A stretch of DNA of 64,000 nt from Eledone cirrhosa (GCA_964016885.1 OZ024742.1:312170001-312234000); one strand, 5' to 3'. Counted from the first letter of the stretch, positions 14,080-27,676 are shown. Numbers and translations are program-made. Notes: generated from the letters alone by a model not told the origin.

Positions 14080-15103
14080 AAACTCAGTACATGCCTAGTA
14101 CTTACTTTACTGAGCCCAGCAGGACTTGAACCCCAAACTTAAATACTTTAACACATTTAGTCTCATGATCTACCACTTCTGCCACACTTCGTCATCATCA
14201 TTTTACATCTGCTTTTCTCTGCTGTTATGAGTTAGGTGGGTCACCATGAACTAAATCAAGGACCATATCTAGTTCACATGTTCAATTTCTGGCATGTTTC
14301 CTATAGCTGAATACCCTTCTGTTTGCCAACCAGCCAGCCTTAGGTGTTCTGAATATATCTTATTGTAGCAGCAGCAGCAACATTACAGACATTATATCTT
14401 TGGCAGACTAAAGCGTCCACTCTATACAACCACTTTACAGAGTTTATAAATTATTGTTCATTAATAATTGTTTCTAACATAAGCACATGGCCAGTGCATT
14501 GCTGGTATTTTATTTAATCAACTACAGAAGGATGATGGGTAAAACTAACAAAGGTGAAGTTAAACTCAGAACATAAAGGGCCATGATTAAATGCTACATT
14601 CTGTCTGACATTAATGATTTTGTCAAACCATCGACCTCATTACTGTGAATGATTTCTAATCTTGGCACAAGGCCTGCAATTTGTGTGTGTGTGTGTGTGT
14701 GTGGGAGGGGGTCGATTATATTTCATTAGCACTTTATTTTATTGACCCCAGAAGGCTGAAAAGCAAAACTGACCTCAGCAGCATTTGAAAGATTGTACAG
14801 AGCGGGAACAAATGCCACAAAGCTCTAACAATCCCACCAATCAATAATAATAATTGTTTCTACTTTTGGCACAAGAAACAATAATGATAATAACAATAAT
14901 GGTTTCTTATATAGGCACAAGGCCAGCAATTTGGGGAGAGGGGGAAGTCGATTAAATCGACCCAGTGTGTGACTGGTACTTTATTTTATCGACCCCGTTA
15001 GGATGAAAGGCAAAGTTAACCTTGGCAGATTTGAACACAGAACATAAAGGGCCATAACCCTATGCTGCAAAGCATTGTCTCTGATGCTCTACCGATACTG
15101 CCC
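14080..15103 (-). mobile_element. Cluster of minus-strand SINE family 1 copies (most intact 14897-15103)
   Basis: Reverse-complement core gtactttattttatcgacccc...ggatgaaaggcaaagttaacc is repeated. Confidence 0.85.
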
Positions 15104-17351
15104 TATAATAATAATAATAACAATATTAATAATAACTATGATGATGTTGGCAATTTCTTCCACTGACACAAGGCTTTACATTTAGAAAGAGCGTCACTAT
15201 GATGCGATTATGTGACAGACACTACTACCTGAAATTTAGATGAATGCAGTTAAAATACACTAAAATACATATCCAGCTGTTCTGTATTACTTGCACTAGC
15301 AGTAAACAACCATGTATCACCAATGATTTAGTGAAATAATGACCCAGCTCCAAACCGATAGCATAACTAATGATCATGTCCTTTGTTGTTACTTCCGAGA
15401 TGACGATGACTAATTCACATACTGAAATAAAATGCCATAGCAACTTCACTTTCTCAAACAACTACCTAATCATTCTAATATCTTTCAGAATTTGAAAAAC
15501 AACAGATCAATTTTCCAGATCTTATCCCAACAATCAGTTTCTCATTTACATCATTAATTTCTAAGCCATCATAGTCATATGACGGGAGTAATTAATATTT
15601 TCCAAGCAGCTGCAACAGTAACAATATTAGTATTGGTGGTAGTAGTAGTAGTGGTGGTAGTAGTAATAGTAGTTGTGGTAACAATAGCAGTAGTAGTAGT
15701 AGTAGTAGTAGTAGTAATAGCAGCAGCAGCATTGTGATTTAGATTCCAGCTTATGATCAGTGATAAACTAACACAGCATTATACAGATCCCTAAAGCTAA
15801 AGAACTCCCTTCAATTATGATTTAACATTTACATTTGTTTGTGTAGGGATGAGAGACAGAGATGAAAAGAAATTGATTAAAACCCCATAAAAAAACCCAA
15901 CTATATTAGTGTGTGTGTGTGTGAAGACATTTACCAGGATACTATGAAGTAAGATTGTTACAGTTTAACCACAGGTACGGCTCTGATTGAGCAGATTTGT
16001 GATTCCAGCAGTGACGTTTTCATTTTTTTTTCAGACCTGGTCCATGAAAAATTGTATTATCTAATGTATCCTTCCATTTTTTTAAAGGTGAAAAAGTGTA
16101 TTTTGGTGGTGGTCGATGAGGAAATGTGTGACCATCTAAAAATGTCTGCAGTCTAGTATGACAGAAGATATGTGATAATGATGATGATTTAAAAGTTACT
16201 ATAGAAGGTAATGAGAGAAATACTACAGCATACACTGATAAGCAGAATACAGTGTAAGGTGGTAAAAGGTTGAAAAAAAAAAAATTGTGTGTATGCAGTC
16301 TAAAATAGGAACACCACATGACTGTTGTAAAAAGTGACTAAAAGTTTTTGCATTGGAATGGGTATCTGGTTGTAAAACATTGCTTCAAAAAGTACCTCAT
16401 GATCAATATGAAATCTGTTCTAGGACTCACAAGGCTAACCCTTGCTTTAGCAGCAGATCATAGCCTTAAAACACTTGTTCTAAAGAGTTATAATATTGTA
16501 GCATTCATGCTTTTGTTATAGTAGAGAAGTAGCTAAAATGAAGAGGTGTAACTAACAACTGTAATAAAGGTTTCTGGTTTAGGCACAAGGCCAACAATTC
16601 TGGGAGAAGGGAAAGTTGATTAAATCAACACAAGTGCATTACTGGTACTTTAGTTTATCAACCCCATAAAGATAAAAGACAATATGAAATCTGTCATGGG
16701 ACTTTAATAGGTAATATAGCTTTGGTGGGATTTGAAATTAGAATGTATCCTAATTAGGCTGTAACTATATGCCATGAAACATGGTGCTTGATGTCCTACC
16801 AATACTGTCAATCCACTGCCCTTACTAATAAGAGTAATAATAAAAATTTAACTAATATAGATTAACATTCACACATTTGTAATCTACTGAAGTAGTATGG
16901 ATGAATCTTGGTAGATGGAAACTGTGTGTAAGCCCATTGTTTGAATTTTACCTGCAATTTTGAAACACTAACCGAATATGGAAGCCCCTATTTAACAAAC
17001 TAGTGTTTATCACACTAAACCTTCCATCTTTTGCTTCAGGTTGTCTTCACATGAGCCATCAAAAAATTTTCTTCAAACAGGAGGAGAAACTATAACGAGG
17101 TCAATGTTACAATGACACAAGAAAAGTTTGTATGGTCAATTCAATAAAATATTCTACAACCAATATCAAACAGTACTCACCAAGGATTTGATTAGAATTT
17201 TCTTACTTTTATATACATACACTTAAATTAACTCCATGCATCCAAATTGTAAACATTAATGTGTTTTCCTTTGGACTGTAGTCATATTTCCTTTTCAAGA
17301 TACTGAATACAAAAGTGTCTTTGTAGTTTATGAGGAAAAAAAAATGTTGAT

Positions 17352-17568
17352 TTAACCCTTTAGCATTTTCATTACTCTCTATATAACATTGTATTTTCAT
17401 AGTAAAGGTTTTCTCCCAGATAATATCAAATCTATGAGATTCTGATATCATTTATTTTGAAAACAATACCTTAACATCAGTATGAGTGGCCAGTTACAGC
17501 CGGTTTGAATAGAAAGAGGTGAGATAAATTCTGGCTGGATACGGCCGGTTTAAATACTAAAGGATTAA
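17352..17568 (+). mobile_element. piggyBac-type MITE, family A
   Basis: Same TIRs, TTAA flanks and body as 5196-5411. Confidence 0.88.
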
Positions 17569-17574
17569 GAGCAT

Positions 17575-17990
17575 TTTTAATGGTTTGGCCAAAAGAGAGG
17601 GTTATGCCCATAACCTTTGTAGAACCTCAGAGATCGAAGAAACATTCCGAGTCAATAACTGCAGGGAATACATAGGGACAAGGAAAGAATCTTAGAGGGT
17701 TCATGTTCTGGGAAAGAGGAGCTGAGTGCAGTGGTTAATATAGGTCCAAAGTGGGAGGTAGGATGAACACAACAGATACAATATAGGTGACAAGAAGAAA
17801 ATAAGATGAATGAGCCAGGTGGATCTGGGTGGAGGGTGGTACAAGACCAATCAGTTCAGAAAAAAGCAGCCACTATCATTATTGTAGAATGACGAGATAT
17901 TCTTGGGCCAGAGGTTGGAGTGTGTTGGTGATGAGTTACTCCATGACAATCAGTTAGGTGGATTTACTTTGAATGCACTCCTTGTAGAAT
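17575..17990 (-). mobile_element. Decayed 3' end of a CR1/L2-group LINE (ORF2 C-terminus)
   Basis: Minus-strand peptide remnants LQPLA, FYNNDSG, SELIGLVPP, LFPRT and VFPA occur in the order typical of the post-RT region of these LINEs. Frameshifted. Confidence 0.65.
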
Positions 17991-18494
17991 GCTGACTAAT
18001 ATTGGTTTAGGAATATTTATTTTCATTATTACAAATGTATCTCATGGCTTAATTGACATTACTACTTTCGTTGTGTGATGGCAACCTCAACTAAAGAAGA
18101 TAATTTCACAGAAGAGAGAAGAACCAGTTCTTTTAGACTAATACAATAGCAGGGAAGACGTTAAAAGATGATGATTATATATATATACACATATATACAC
18201 ACACACACATATATATATACACGTACAAAAAACACATTATCATCATCATCAACATTACCATTTTACGTCTATTTTCCATATGATCTGTGATTGGTTTTCT
18301 CCAAAATCAATCAGCCATCTTCTTATTAATTAATCACTTAAGTCAGATAGCAAACATAGCAGCTAACCAATTACTGTTAGTTGCGGCAAGCTGGGATGTT
18401 AGGATGTTGGTTTAATGCCCTAACGCTGGACATTTCACACACCACCACCAATATTCCATTGTACGTTTTGATTTTATTTATATATATATATTGT

Positions 18495-18715
18495 GAAGGC
18501 ACGTGGCTTAATAATTAGAGAATTTGATTTGCAATCGTGAGGTTGTGAGTTCGATTCCCGGACCAGGCGATGCGTTATGTCCTTGAGCATGACACTTTAT
18601 TTCACATTGCTCCTTCTGCCCGGATTTGCAACCAATAGATAGTAATAGTAATTGGGAAGACCAATAGAAACATTGTTTCCTCGTTTCATCCAATTCATTA
18701 AGCGAATAAGGCCTG
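18495..18715 (+). mobile_element. tRNA-derived SINE family 2; other copies at 9074-9320(-) and 58351-58595(+), related heads at 29370-29490(-) and 29790-29905(-)
   Basis: TGGCTTAAT A-box-like motif, GTTCGATTCC B box (18549-18558), then gtccttgagca.gacactttatttcacattgctcc. Confidence 0.82.
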
Positions 18716-20467
18716 ACACACGCACATATATATATATATATATCATATACTGTTTATTCAAGGAGGTAAGTGCAATGTCCATGACTTTTTCCAGGGCCTC
18801 CAAGACTGGTGGGAAGGAAATTAGAAGATATCCTCAAACTTGAGACCTGGCCTGACTATTTGCAACAGGGTGTACTCTGTTAAAAGCACCCAAATGCCAA
18901 CAGATTAAGTCTACTAATGGAAAAGACAAGTCTCAGCTAAGAGTAATACAGTCTTTGAGGGCAACATAAAGTGACATCTTCTGATAACAGTGGTAAAAAG
19001 AAAGAAAAAAAAAATACAAAAAGAGTGGCATTTTCATTAACAGAAGACATGTGGTAGATTTTCTGTTTTTACAAAATTGCTAAATGAGATGCAGAAAAAA
19101 TGTTACAGTAAGCAGCTAGCTAACCACACCCTAGCAAGTAATCTGGGCAGTTGAGTTTGGAGATGAGTTAGACCCCAGAAGTTGCAGTTGCCAACTGAAA
19201 CATGTGGCTCACATCTAACACCCATATATATCAATTTAGTTACCACTACTGTTCCACTTTCTACCACATCTAATTCACAAAACTGAAAGCCTAAAAGGAA
19301 AACACCCAGAGACATACAATGTAAATTTTAAACTAGAGTTGGTCTTTAAGAAAACAAAATACTTGATAAAAACTAGACTTCTTTTATGAATATTTTCAAA
19401 TTTAAAACAAATTGACATTGCTATTTTTAATTAGTAACTAACACCAGCATAACCAAATATTTTAGGCTACATGTACACCACACAAACACAAACCATTTAA
19501 ACTGAATAAAAGAAGAGGAGATCTAATACTAAACCAATCCCTAGATGTCTAGATGTATGTACTATCAATTAATCTGGAGAAAAGTAGCTGTGTTTATAGC
19601 TTTTTCACAAACCACTAGACAGACTATACATACCTTGTAAAACATGGCATGAGACTAACAACCTCCAGCAAGGCTTTCACATCTTCAGTATTAATATGAA
19701 CTAAAAGATCAAAATAAGTAATTAAAATTGAAGAAAATGTTGCTAATCAGATTCTTAAAACAATTCAGTGTAATGTATAATTTAATAGAGGCAAACACAT
19801 TTTTAAGTTGTTTGTATTAAGAAAGGAGTTTGGCAGAATGTACAGTAATGGCAAGAGTCAGGAAAAGATGGATGGAGAATGCTGGTCCATAGGTCCATGG
19901 CCCCCGACCTTCAGATATGAGAATAGGATGAGAAGGTATAAAAAGAAAAAAAAATTATTCTGATATAATACTGATTTTAAACCAATTTTCCTCTGCTTAC
20001 AAATATTGCCAGTAAAATATTAATATTTGTTTTTGTATTTTCTAGTAAGTAGAATAAGTTGTATGGAACTCAGAAAAGCTTCTTTCTAGGAGGTTCTATT
20101 ATGCTGAGTACACATGGAAAGCATAGTCTACTAAAATAAAATTGAATAATCATACTTCAGTCATTCTTGTGTTTACATTGATCCCACCATCACTCACTAG
20201 CTCGAGTTATTGATGAATACTAGATGACCAAACTATCATAATTTGATTTTGATTATCTCATAGAAATGTTTTAAGTATTTGGTTCCAGATTCTGGTTTGG
20301 TGAAATGTTGATATTTCAGATATTTAAAAACAAAGAATTCACATGCGAAAGAGTTAATTGGCAGGCTTACTGATAGTCTACATCAGGTTCTGATCACACT
20401 GGCTGATATCAACTTGTAAATTATAAAACATATACATCCATGTTCACTTCATGTGTATCCAACATGT

Positions 20468-20684
20468 TTAACCCTTTAGCATTTACATTACTCTATATTT
20501 ATTATTATATTTTCATGCTAAAGGCTTTACCTCATAATTATCCCACATAATATTGAATCAATGAGATTTTGATGCTATTCATTTTGAGAACAATACCTTA
20601 ATATCTGTACGAGCGGCTGGTTTGAACAGACAGAGGTGAAAGAATTCTGACCAGATATGGCTGGTTTAAATGCTAAAGCCTTAA
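20468..20684 (+). mobile_element. piggyBac-type MITE, family A
   Basis: Same TIRs and TTAA flanks. Confidence 0.87.
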
Positions 20685-21161
20685 CACTTCAAACTAGATT
20701 TATTATAATGGGGATTGATAGATGTCGACAGAAAGAAGGACAAGAATAAAATTTTAACTAAAACAAGTTTTGTTTCCTTAAAACCATTTAAAATTATTTA
20801 ATAAAAGCTACTATGTCATGAGGAAAAATAAAAGTAAATAAATAAATAGTGAATTGCAATGAAAAAAGAAATATTAGTATGGCAATTGGTATTTTGACTG
20901 TCCTGTGTAGGAGTCTTTATCCATGTTGTAATCTGATGATGTTTCACTAGTTGTACTTCTCAGGAACTTATAACAACCCTCCTTTACTCATACATCAACT
21001 GAACATGAAGTTCAGTCACAATTTCAATTGAACATTTACAGCAGTCCATACCCTTGTTTCCACACTGTATGTGTACTGGTTCCCACCTCTTTCATTGCAT
21101 TTGGTGTACTATATATTCCTACAATACCACATTTATAGCAGTCCATACATTTTGTTATCAC

Positions 21162-21250
<89 letters not shown>

Positions 21251-21272
21251 GTGAGAGAGAGAGAGAGAGAGA

Positions 21273-21460
21273 GAAATTACTTTTACAGGACTAAAACTAT
21301 TTCATTTGTATGAAATCATCAGGACATTCCTGATGATTTCATATGAATGAAACAGTTCTTGTCATGTAGGAGTAATTTCTGATGCTTATATTCTACCAAT
21401 GTATTGATTACCCTTTTTAACTGTGGTAACCCCTCTACCTCAACACAGCTTGGGCATCTA
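21273..21460. mobile_element. Penelope-like pLTR remnant: 52-bp inverted repeat, each arm carrying a hammerhead-ribozyme core
   Basis: Arms 21273-21324 and 21328-21379 (44/52 identical, 3-nt spacer) each read CTGATGA-stem-GAAA-stem-GTA. A partial homologue lies at 39040-39160. Confidence 0.6.
21327..21372 (+). ncRNA. Degenerate minimal type-I hammerhead ribozyme motif
   Basis: UUC-CUGAUGA-U(UUC AUAU GAA)U-GAA-ACA(GUUCUUGUCA)UGU-A^GGA. All core nucleotides are present; the stems are short. Confidence 0.5.
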
Positions 21461-21655
21461 CATATATATAGATATATATACAAATACATACAGGTCTCCA
21501 CCTTTTTCGTTATATTTGCTGTACCCACTACCAATCTACTCGGAAATGCAATAAGACTTTTTAGTGATAGCTATAGGAAATTATTACAAGTCATCTGCAT
21601 ACTATCATCATTATTTCTAACTTTATCATGCCAATCATGATAATAATCATTTAGG

Positions 21656-21687
<32 letters not shown>

Positions 21688-22989
21688 ATTCTGAGCATTT
21701 CAAAATATTGTAAACTAAAATGGAAATAACTAAAAACAAAAAAAAAAAAGAAGAAAACTATGATTTTAATCAATTTAAAACAAAACATTAACTAACTGAA
21801 TTAAAATATTATAAAAAATATAGGGAACAAAAGAGAAAGAAAAACTGAATGAATTTCTTCTCCATTGCCATCTACAATCATGTCATAATTGTGCTTAAGA
21901 GAGTTCTTCTATAATATAATGAAATGCAATGGAATTCCTGAAATACACTTGGAATGTATTGGAAATATTAACATGTCTATGTAGTTAGATTAGATTTTCT
22001 AGCATACAGAAAGGAAGCATGTATTTTAGGGACAGACAATATAATTATCAAGGAATGTACCTCGAGGATATATGTGTAGGAATAAATCGAACAAAAAAAA
22101 AAAGAAAAGAAAAGAAAAGAAATATAGAATAAATGAAATGAAAATATAATAGAGATTTGAAGAATGATTGCATGCAAATATATGCAAATAATAATAATGA
22201 AAGAGAGAAAGAGAGGAGTTTGATTGGATGAGAAGAAAAAAGGTGATGTAAGAGTTGACTATCTAATAAAAAGTGCTGTACAGGAGATATCCAAATGGAA
22301 ATCTTCAGATAATCACATGCGTGCACACTGAAAATAAAGTACTCCTCAGCTTTATTTCTTGTAGTCAATCCCTCATTGCCATGCTTCTCTTATTGACTAT
22401 TTCCTTTCATAGTCACGTTTATCAACTGTATGCTGTGTATATCCAGTTCAGAATACATACACTGTATCCATGGGTGTTTGTTGTAAGAGACAACTAAAAT
22501 GTTTTTGCCAAGAAAGGCATCCAACCGTATGAAATTGTCTCAAAAAGTACACCACGAGAGGTATCAAGCTTGTAAAATGGTCCTAAAATATTGATGATGA
22601 TGAGTTTCATTTAACCCTTTCTGATATTCTACAAATAAAGCAATTCTACTGCCTACCACCACTGATTTCATTATCTACAATCCTTCTCCTCACCTCCAAA
22701 CAATACTCAATACCATAACTTATCCTCCTATATACTTATTATGGTTGGTTCAAATCAAATCTGATATTCTGATGGAAATTTTTTCTTGCCATTGTTTTAC
22801 AATACAGTAAAACATTACTAATACATTCACCACATAATTGCTATTGTTTTCATTTCAGATTCAGACTAACAGTTTATCATAAATTTGTGTTTAATTTTCA
22901 TCTGCTGGGTAATAAAATATTCCCTTTAAGAGTGATGAGGTTCAGGATAGATTTTTTTTTTCTGTAATCCATTGGTTAATTTTGAGTAG

Positions 22990-23750
22990 CATCTTCATAC
23001 TATAGAATATGTCTATAGATTTTAGTAGACACTGTGTGTAATAGACAGATGTAAATACTGTCTTTATATACAATATCTTTCAATCCTGTGTTGGGATTTC
23101 ATCAGCAACTGAGTACCCACTTTAACTGCCCTCAAAGACTACTTATAAACCACTATCACTAATAGTTTAAAGAAATTAGTTAGACCAATTTGCATATGTA
23201 ACACATTTTTGTTAGTTGATTGAATCATTTTGATTAATAAATTACTGGTGTTTTAAGTTTTTTTGTTTCAATACTATATAATGCACTCTGGAATATATCT
23301 ATAAGATTTTAGCTAACACTGGAGTAAAGAGATGTAAACTCTTTGTCTTTATATATAACATCTCTATCTATAGAAAAAGCAAGATCAGCCAAAGATATAT
23401 ATATATAAAGGCAAAATGTTTACATACCAATAGGTATGGCTAAATTCTGTAGATATATTCTGTAGTGTTGTATATAGTATTGAAACAAAACACAGTTAAT
23501 ACATTTAGCAATTGTGGGTTATAAGCAGTATCTAAGTGAACAATAAAAAAGGGTGAATAGCCACTGATAAAATCTCGATATAAGACTGATATAAAGTCAA
23601 ACTGATCCCTCTTTTTCTGTCCATAAAGATATTGTGTAAAAAGACAAAATATGTACAGCTTTTTATTTCAAGCAGTGTTGCCTAAAATCTATAGATATGC
23701 TCTGTAATACTGTATAACATTAGAACAAAACACAGTTAATACACCAGTCA
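22990..23750. repeat. Old ~750-bp imperfect foldback with internal subrepeats
   Basis: Order is A-B-A | A'-B'-A' about a centre near 23380 (e.g. tctatagattttag vs ctaaaatctataga; cttataaaccac vs gtgggttataag). Confidence 0.7.
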
Positions 23751-24013
23751 TCTTCATATAGTTTATCCAGGTCCAGCCACACTGGCAATGCTCATTCCTC
23801 ACAAGCTATATAGCCATAAGAAGATTAAAGCATTGCACTGAAAAAACTAATGTAACATAAATCATTTGTTGATTATGTTGTGCTATCAATATTGTGAAAT
23901 ATATCTTCCCATACATTGGAGCGAGATGAATTGATCCATTGAGAATTTAAACATGTTTGATGTCAAATTGTTTGAAACTGCCACTGCTTCTACATTACAT
24001 AACTGTCTTCTTT

Positions 24014-24229
24014 TTAACCCTTTAGCATTTACATTACTCTCTATATACTATTGTATTTTCACAGTAAAGGCTTTATCTCACATTATATCGAATCTATGAG
24101 ATTTTGATATTATTTATTTTGAGAACAATACCTTAAAGTCGGTATGAGCGGCCAGTTATGGTTGGTTTGAACAGAATGAGGCGAGAGAACTCTCGCCAGA
24201 TATGGCCGGTTTAAATACTAAAGGGTTAA
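24014..24229 (+). mobile_element. piggyBac-type MITE, family A, flanked by a ~71-bp direct duplication
   Basis: TIRs ccctttagcattta / taaatactaaaggg with TTAA on both sides. 23947-24017 is repeated at 24226-24297. Confidence 0.9.
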
Positions 24230-24738
24230 ACGTGTTTGATGTCAAATTGTTTGAAACTGCCACTGCTTCTACAATACATAACCGTCTTTTTTTTTAAGTG
24301 TTTATATTTATCTAAAAACTTTCCATCATAATTCTATCTAAGAACTTTTATGTTATGTTCCAAACACCAAGTTAATAATGAGAAAATTTGTTATATTACT
24401 AAATCCATTTACATTCTTGATTATTTTCAATACAGTGTATTTTTATTAGAAATATGATAACAAAAGGGTTAAGATATTTATCAAGAAGCACATTTCAAGG
24501 ATTGTGATTCGTTTCTGCCATAATAAAATCTGTGATATTTACAAGGAGTTGTTATAAAAATATTAATGTTGCTACTAATATCACTCAACAGCAATCTGTC
24601 ACATCCTCTTACAGGGTGAACTCCACCTGTTAGAAATAGCAGCCAAATTTCCTCCAAACCACACTATTGCCCTAAATAAAGGACAAACTGGATGGTTATG
24701 CCTCAAATGCCTTGGATTATAGGTCTCCTCCTTATGAG

Positions 24739-24967
24739 TTAAGCCTTTAGCATTCACATTACTCTATATATACTATAGTATTTTGGTAGTAAACACTTTA
24801 TCTTACATAATTAGCTCACATAATATCGAATCTATGAGATTTTGATGTTATTTATCTTGAGAACAATACCTTAACATCAGTATGAGTGGTCAGTTACAGC
24901 TGATTTGAATAGAAAGAGGAGAGACATTTCTGGCCAGATACGGCCGGTTTGAATGCTAAAGGGTTAA
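24739..24967 (+). mobile_element. piggyBac-type MITE, family A
   Basis: ttaa|gcctttagcattca ... tgaatgctaaaggg|ttaa. Confidence 0.87.
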
Positions 24968-26882
24968 ATACTGAAAAGTTTATTTTCGATGTAATCAAAA
25001 GTTATTTCATTTTTTCTTCAATCACTTCTCAATTTAATCAATATACTATCACTAGGTAAACGTCCATTACAGATGAAAGTTTCATAACTGAAATCTACCA
25101 TCTTCCTTCTTTTAAATCTAAGTCATTTCTAATCTGATACTACATGTTATCTCCCTAATAAAATAGTATATAGATGCAATGTGGATTGTGTATAGTTAGC
25201 AACGGTAAACTGGCTTCATGTAAGTAAACCAGCCCAGTCACTGGGGGTTCATTAAAAGAAAAAAAAAACATAATAATAAGCTCGGAATAGAAATAAAAAC
25301 ATATACACTACAAAAGACAGTTTTGTTAGGAACAGCAAGAATTTTGAGAAAAGTCGTAGAGACTTAAATTTGAAGGAAACTTTGGAACCTATGGTCATTT
25401 CTTATGACCTGCTTCCAAAGCTTAAATTTGGTTGAAGATCTGCCAGTGTTCAAGAGATGATGATAATAATAATAATAATAATAATATATGAATACAGAAT
25501 ATAGATTTCTTTTGACTAGAGCATATGGTCAATATTTTGTAAAGAAGGGGAATAAAGTCAGTTGAACTAATTCCAGTATTTTATTGACTTTGGAGGCAAA
25601 GTAAAAATCAGTGGAATTTGAGCTCAAAAACACCCAGCCCAGTGTTCTCCAGCGCTCTACATGGCTACAGAAGATTAGGTACTATAATAGTTACAGTTGT
25701 TACATTTGAAAGTCATATATCATAAATAGCAAACCAACAGATGAAAAGAAAAATGATGAATGTATTTTATAATATAAGACTAGCAGATATGTTCAGTGGT
25801 GTCACTTAATTTAAAGACAAGAGCATCTTGATGATTAAACATTAATTATTTCCATTTATTTAATCATTTATGATTAAAGCTATATATAAATAAAAATAGA
25901 ATTTTTTACTCTTTTTCCTGATACCAGTTTAAATACAACATTTTAAATAAGTCTAATGCAATTATTGATTGTGTTAACCAAGTCACAAAAATGAACGTCA
26001 ATTTAAGAACATTTAAAGCATATTCATTTGTGTTTTCAACAAAATATATCTTGTTTTTTTTTCAGGATAGGTACACTGTATCTTTGCAATGTCATAAGAG
26101 GCAATTGAAATGGTTGGCATCAGAATGAGCGGCTGGTCATGAAACATTGGTTCAAAATGTTCAGTCTAATCCATGCCAGCATGAAAAAAATCATATGTAA
26201 AATGGTGGTGATGAAGTTGATGATGATGATGATGACATCCCACAAGCCTAAACTAGATGTCCACAGCATGATGGACAGTAGTGACCGACCATTCACCTTC
26301 AACAGCTATGGCTTGAAAACTTCTTTTCAACTTATGTGGTTGAACAATTCTCAATCCTATCATTTACTCATCACAGATAATCTTATGATGATTATAATAA
26401 TATTAATAATGGTTTCTACTTTAGGCACAAGGCCAGCAATTTGAAGAGGAGGGGAAAGTCAATTAAATCAACACCAGACATTACTGGTGCTTTATTTTAC
26501 TGACCTCTGTAAGGATGAAAGTCAAAGCTAAACTTGGTAGGATTTGAACTCAGAATGTAAAGTGTCAATAATAATAATACATATGTATATTATACACAAA
26601 CTATATTTAAGTACAGCTGTATATTAACTTTTTATCTAGACTATATGTCAGTGAGTCTTATATTCCAAAAATTATGGTAATATTATCAATAATTGCATTA
26701 TGGTAATTAAGATTTTTGTTTAAACTTATGTCATTTAAAAAAGTAAAAAAATCGTTTTCATTCATGTAGTTTAAATAATAAATTACTGAATTAATAATAT
26801 GTGCGTGTATGTGTGTGGATATATGGTTGGAGGGACAAAAGAAAGATGAAAGTATTCAATACAAAAAAAAAAAACAACATAC

Positions 26883-26970
26883 TCTTCTCCAAGATCTCCA
26901 GACAGGCTGAACGGTTCATGATGTCCTTATGCAGACTAACAGCTCCAAACCATACCCTTGATACCATCAT
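26883..26970 (-). CDS. Candidate initial coding exon of a second minus-strand gene (MMVSRVWFGAVSLHKDIMNRSACLEILEK, phase-1 donor)
   Basis: Unique sequence, GC-richer than flanks. ATG in aaacATG context with an upstream in-frame stop. Ends at AGA|gtatgt. No homology recognised. Confidence 0.25.
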
Positions 26971-27676
26971 GTTTAACTGTCAGATTCATACACTCTGTGG
27001 GGAATTTTGTGCGATGTGAGACACTCAGCAGTCAAAACCAAACAATTTAACAATTCCAACTCATTCAATGACAAGAGTTTTTACTATTCTAACGACATCT
27101 AAGTCTTATGCTTTTGAGCAAGCTCAATGCAGGTACATCAGTTTTAGCAGAAAAAAATGTACAATTTTTGTTGTTTTTTTATAATATAACCCAGTTTGAA
27201 ATATGATTAAATAAACAGAAATAATTAGTCAAATCATTAATATACTCTTGTCTTTAAAGCAAGTGATGCCACTGTATAAATTTGTAGATAGTTGAGTGAC
27301 TGTGTGACTTGTTTACTGTTAATGTGAATGAGTGTACATATTGTGAACTGAATGAATAAATGAATGATTATGTGAATACGTGTATAGTTTTGATGCAATG
27401 TTTATGTATGAATATTCACTTTATTAATTGGATATATTTTTAAATGCTTATTTATAAAAGCAAATATATGAACTTAAGTGATGCATAAATCTTAACATAT
27501 AAATGAGAGGGCATGCATTACATCACCAAAATTCTTGTGACTAAATATAAAATGAAATAATTGACATTTTGTTTTTGATCAAATTATCTTGATATTTTAA
27601 AATTAGTTTACAGCCGACTTCATATTTTAGCATGGATTTGATGAATTTGAAAATACAGGCCCTTTAAAAAGATTAT

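Noticed and set aside
15345-15356. Shared 12-mer cagctccaaacc between the two candidate exons (also 26940-26951)
   Set aside because: Many chance 12-mer matches are expected in 64 kb, and the similarity does not extend.
18495-18570. tRNA gene
   Set aside because: A/B boxes are present but run into a multi-copy SINE body, and I found no complete cloverleaf or oligo-T terminator.
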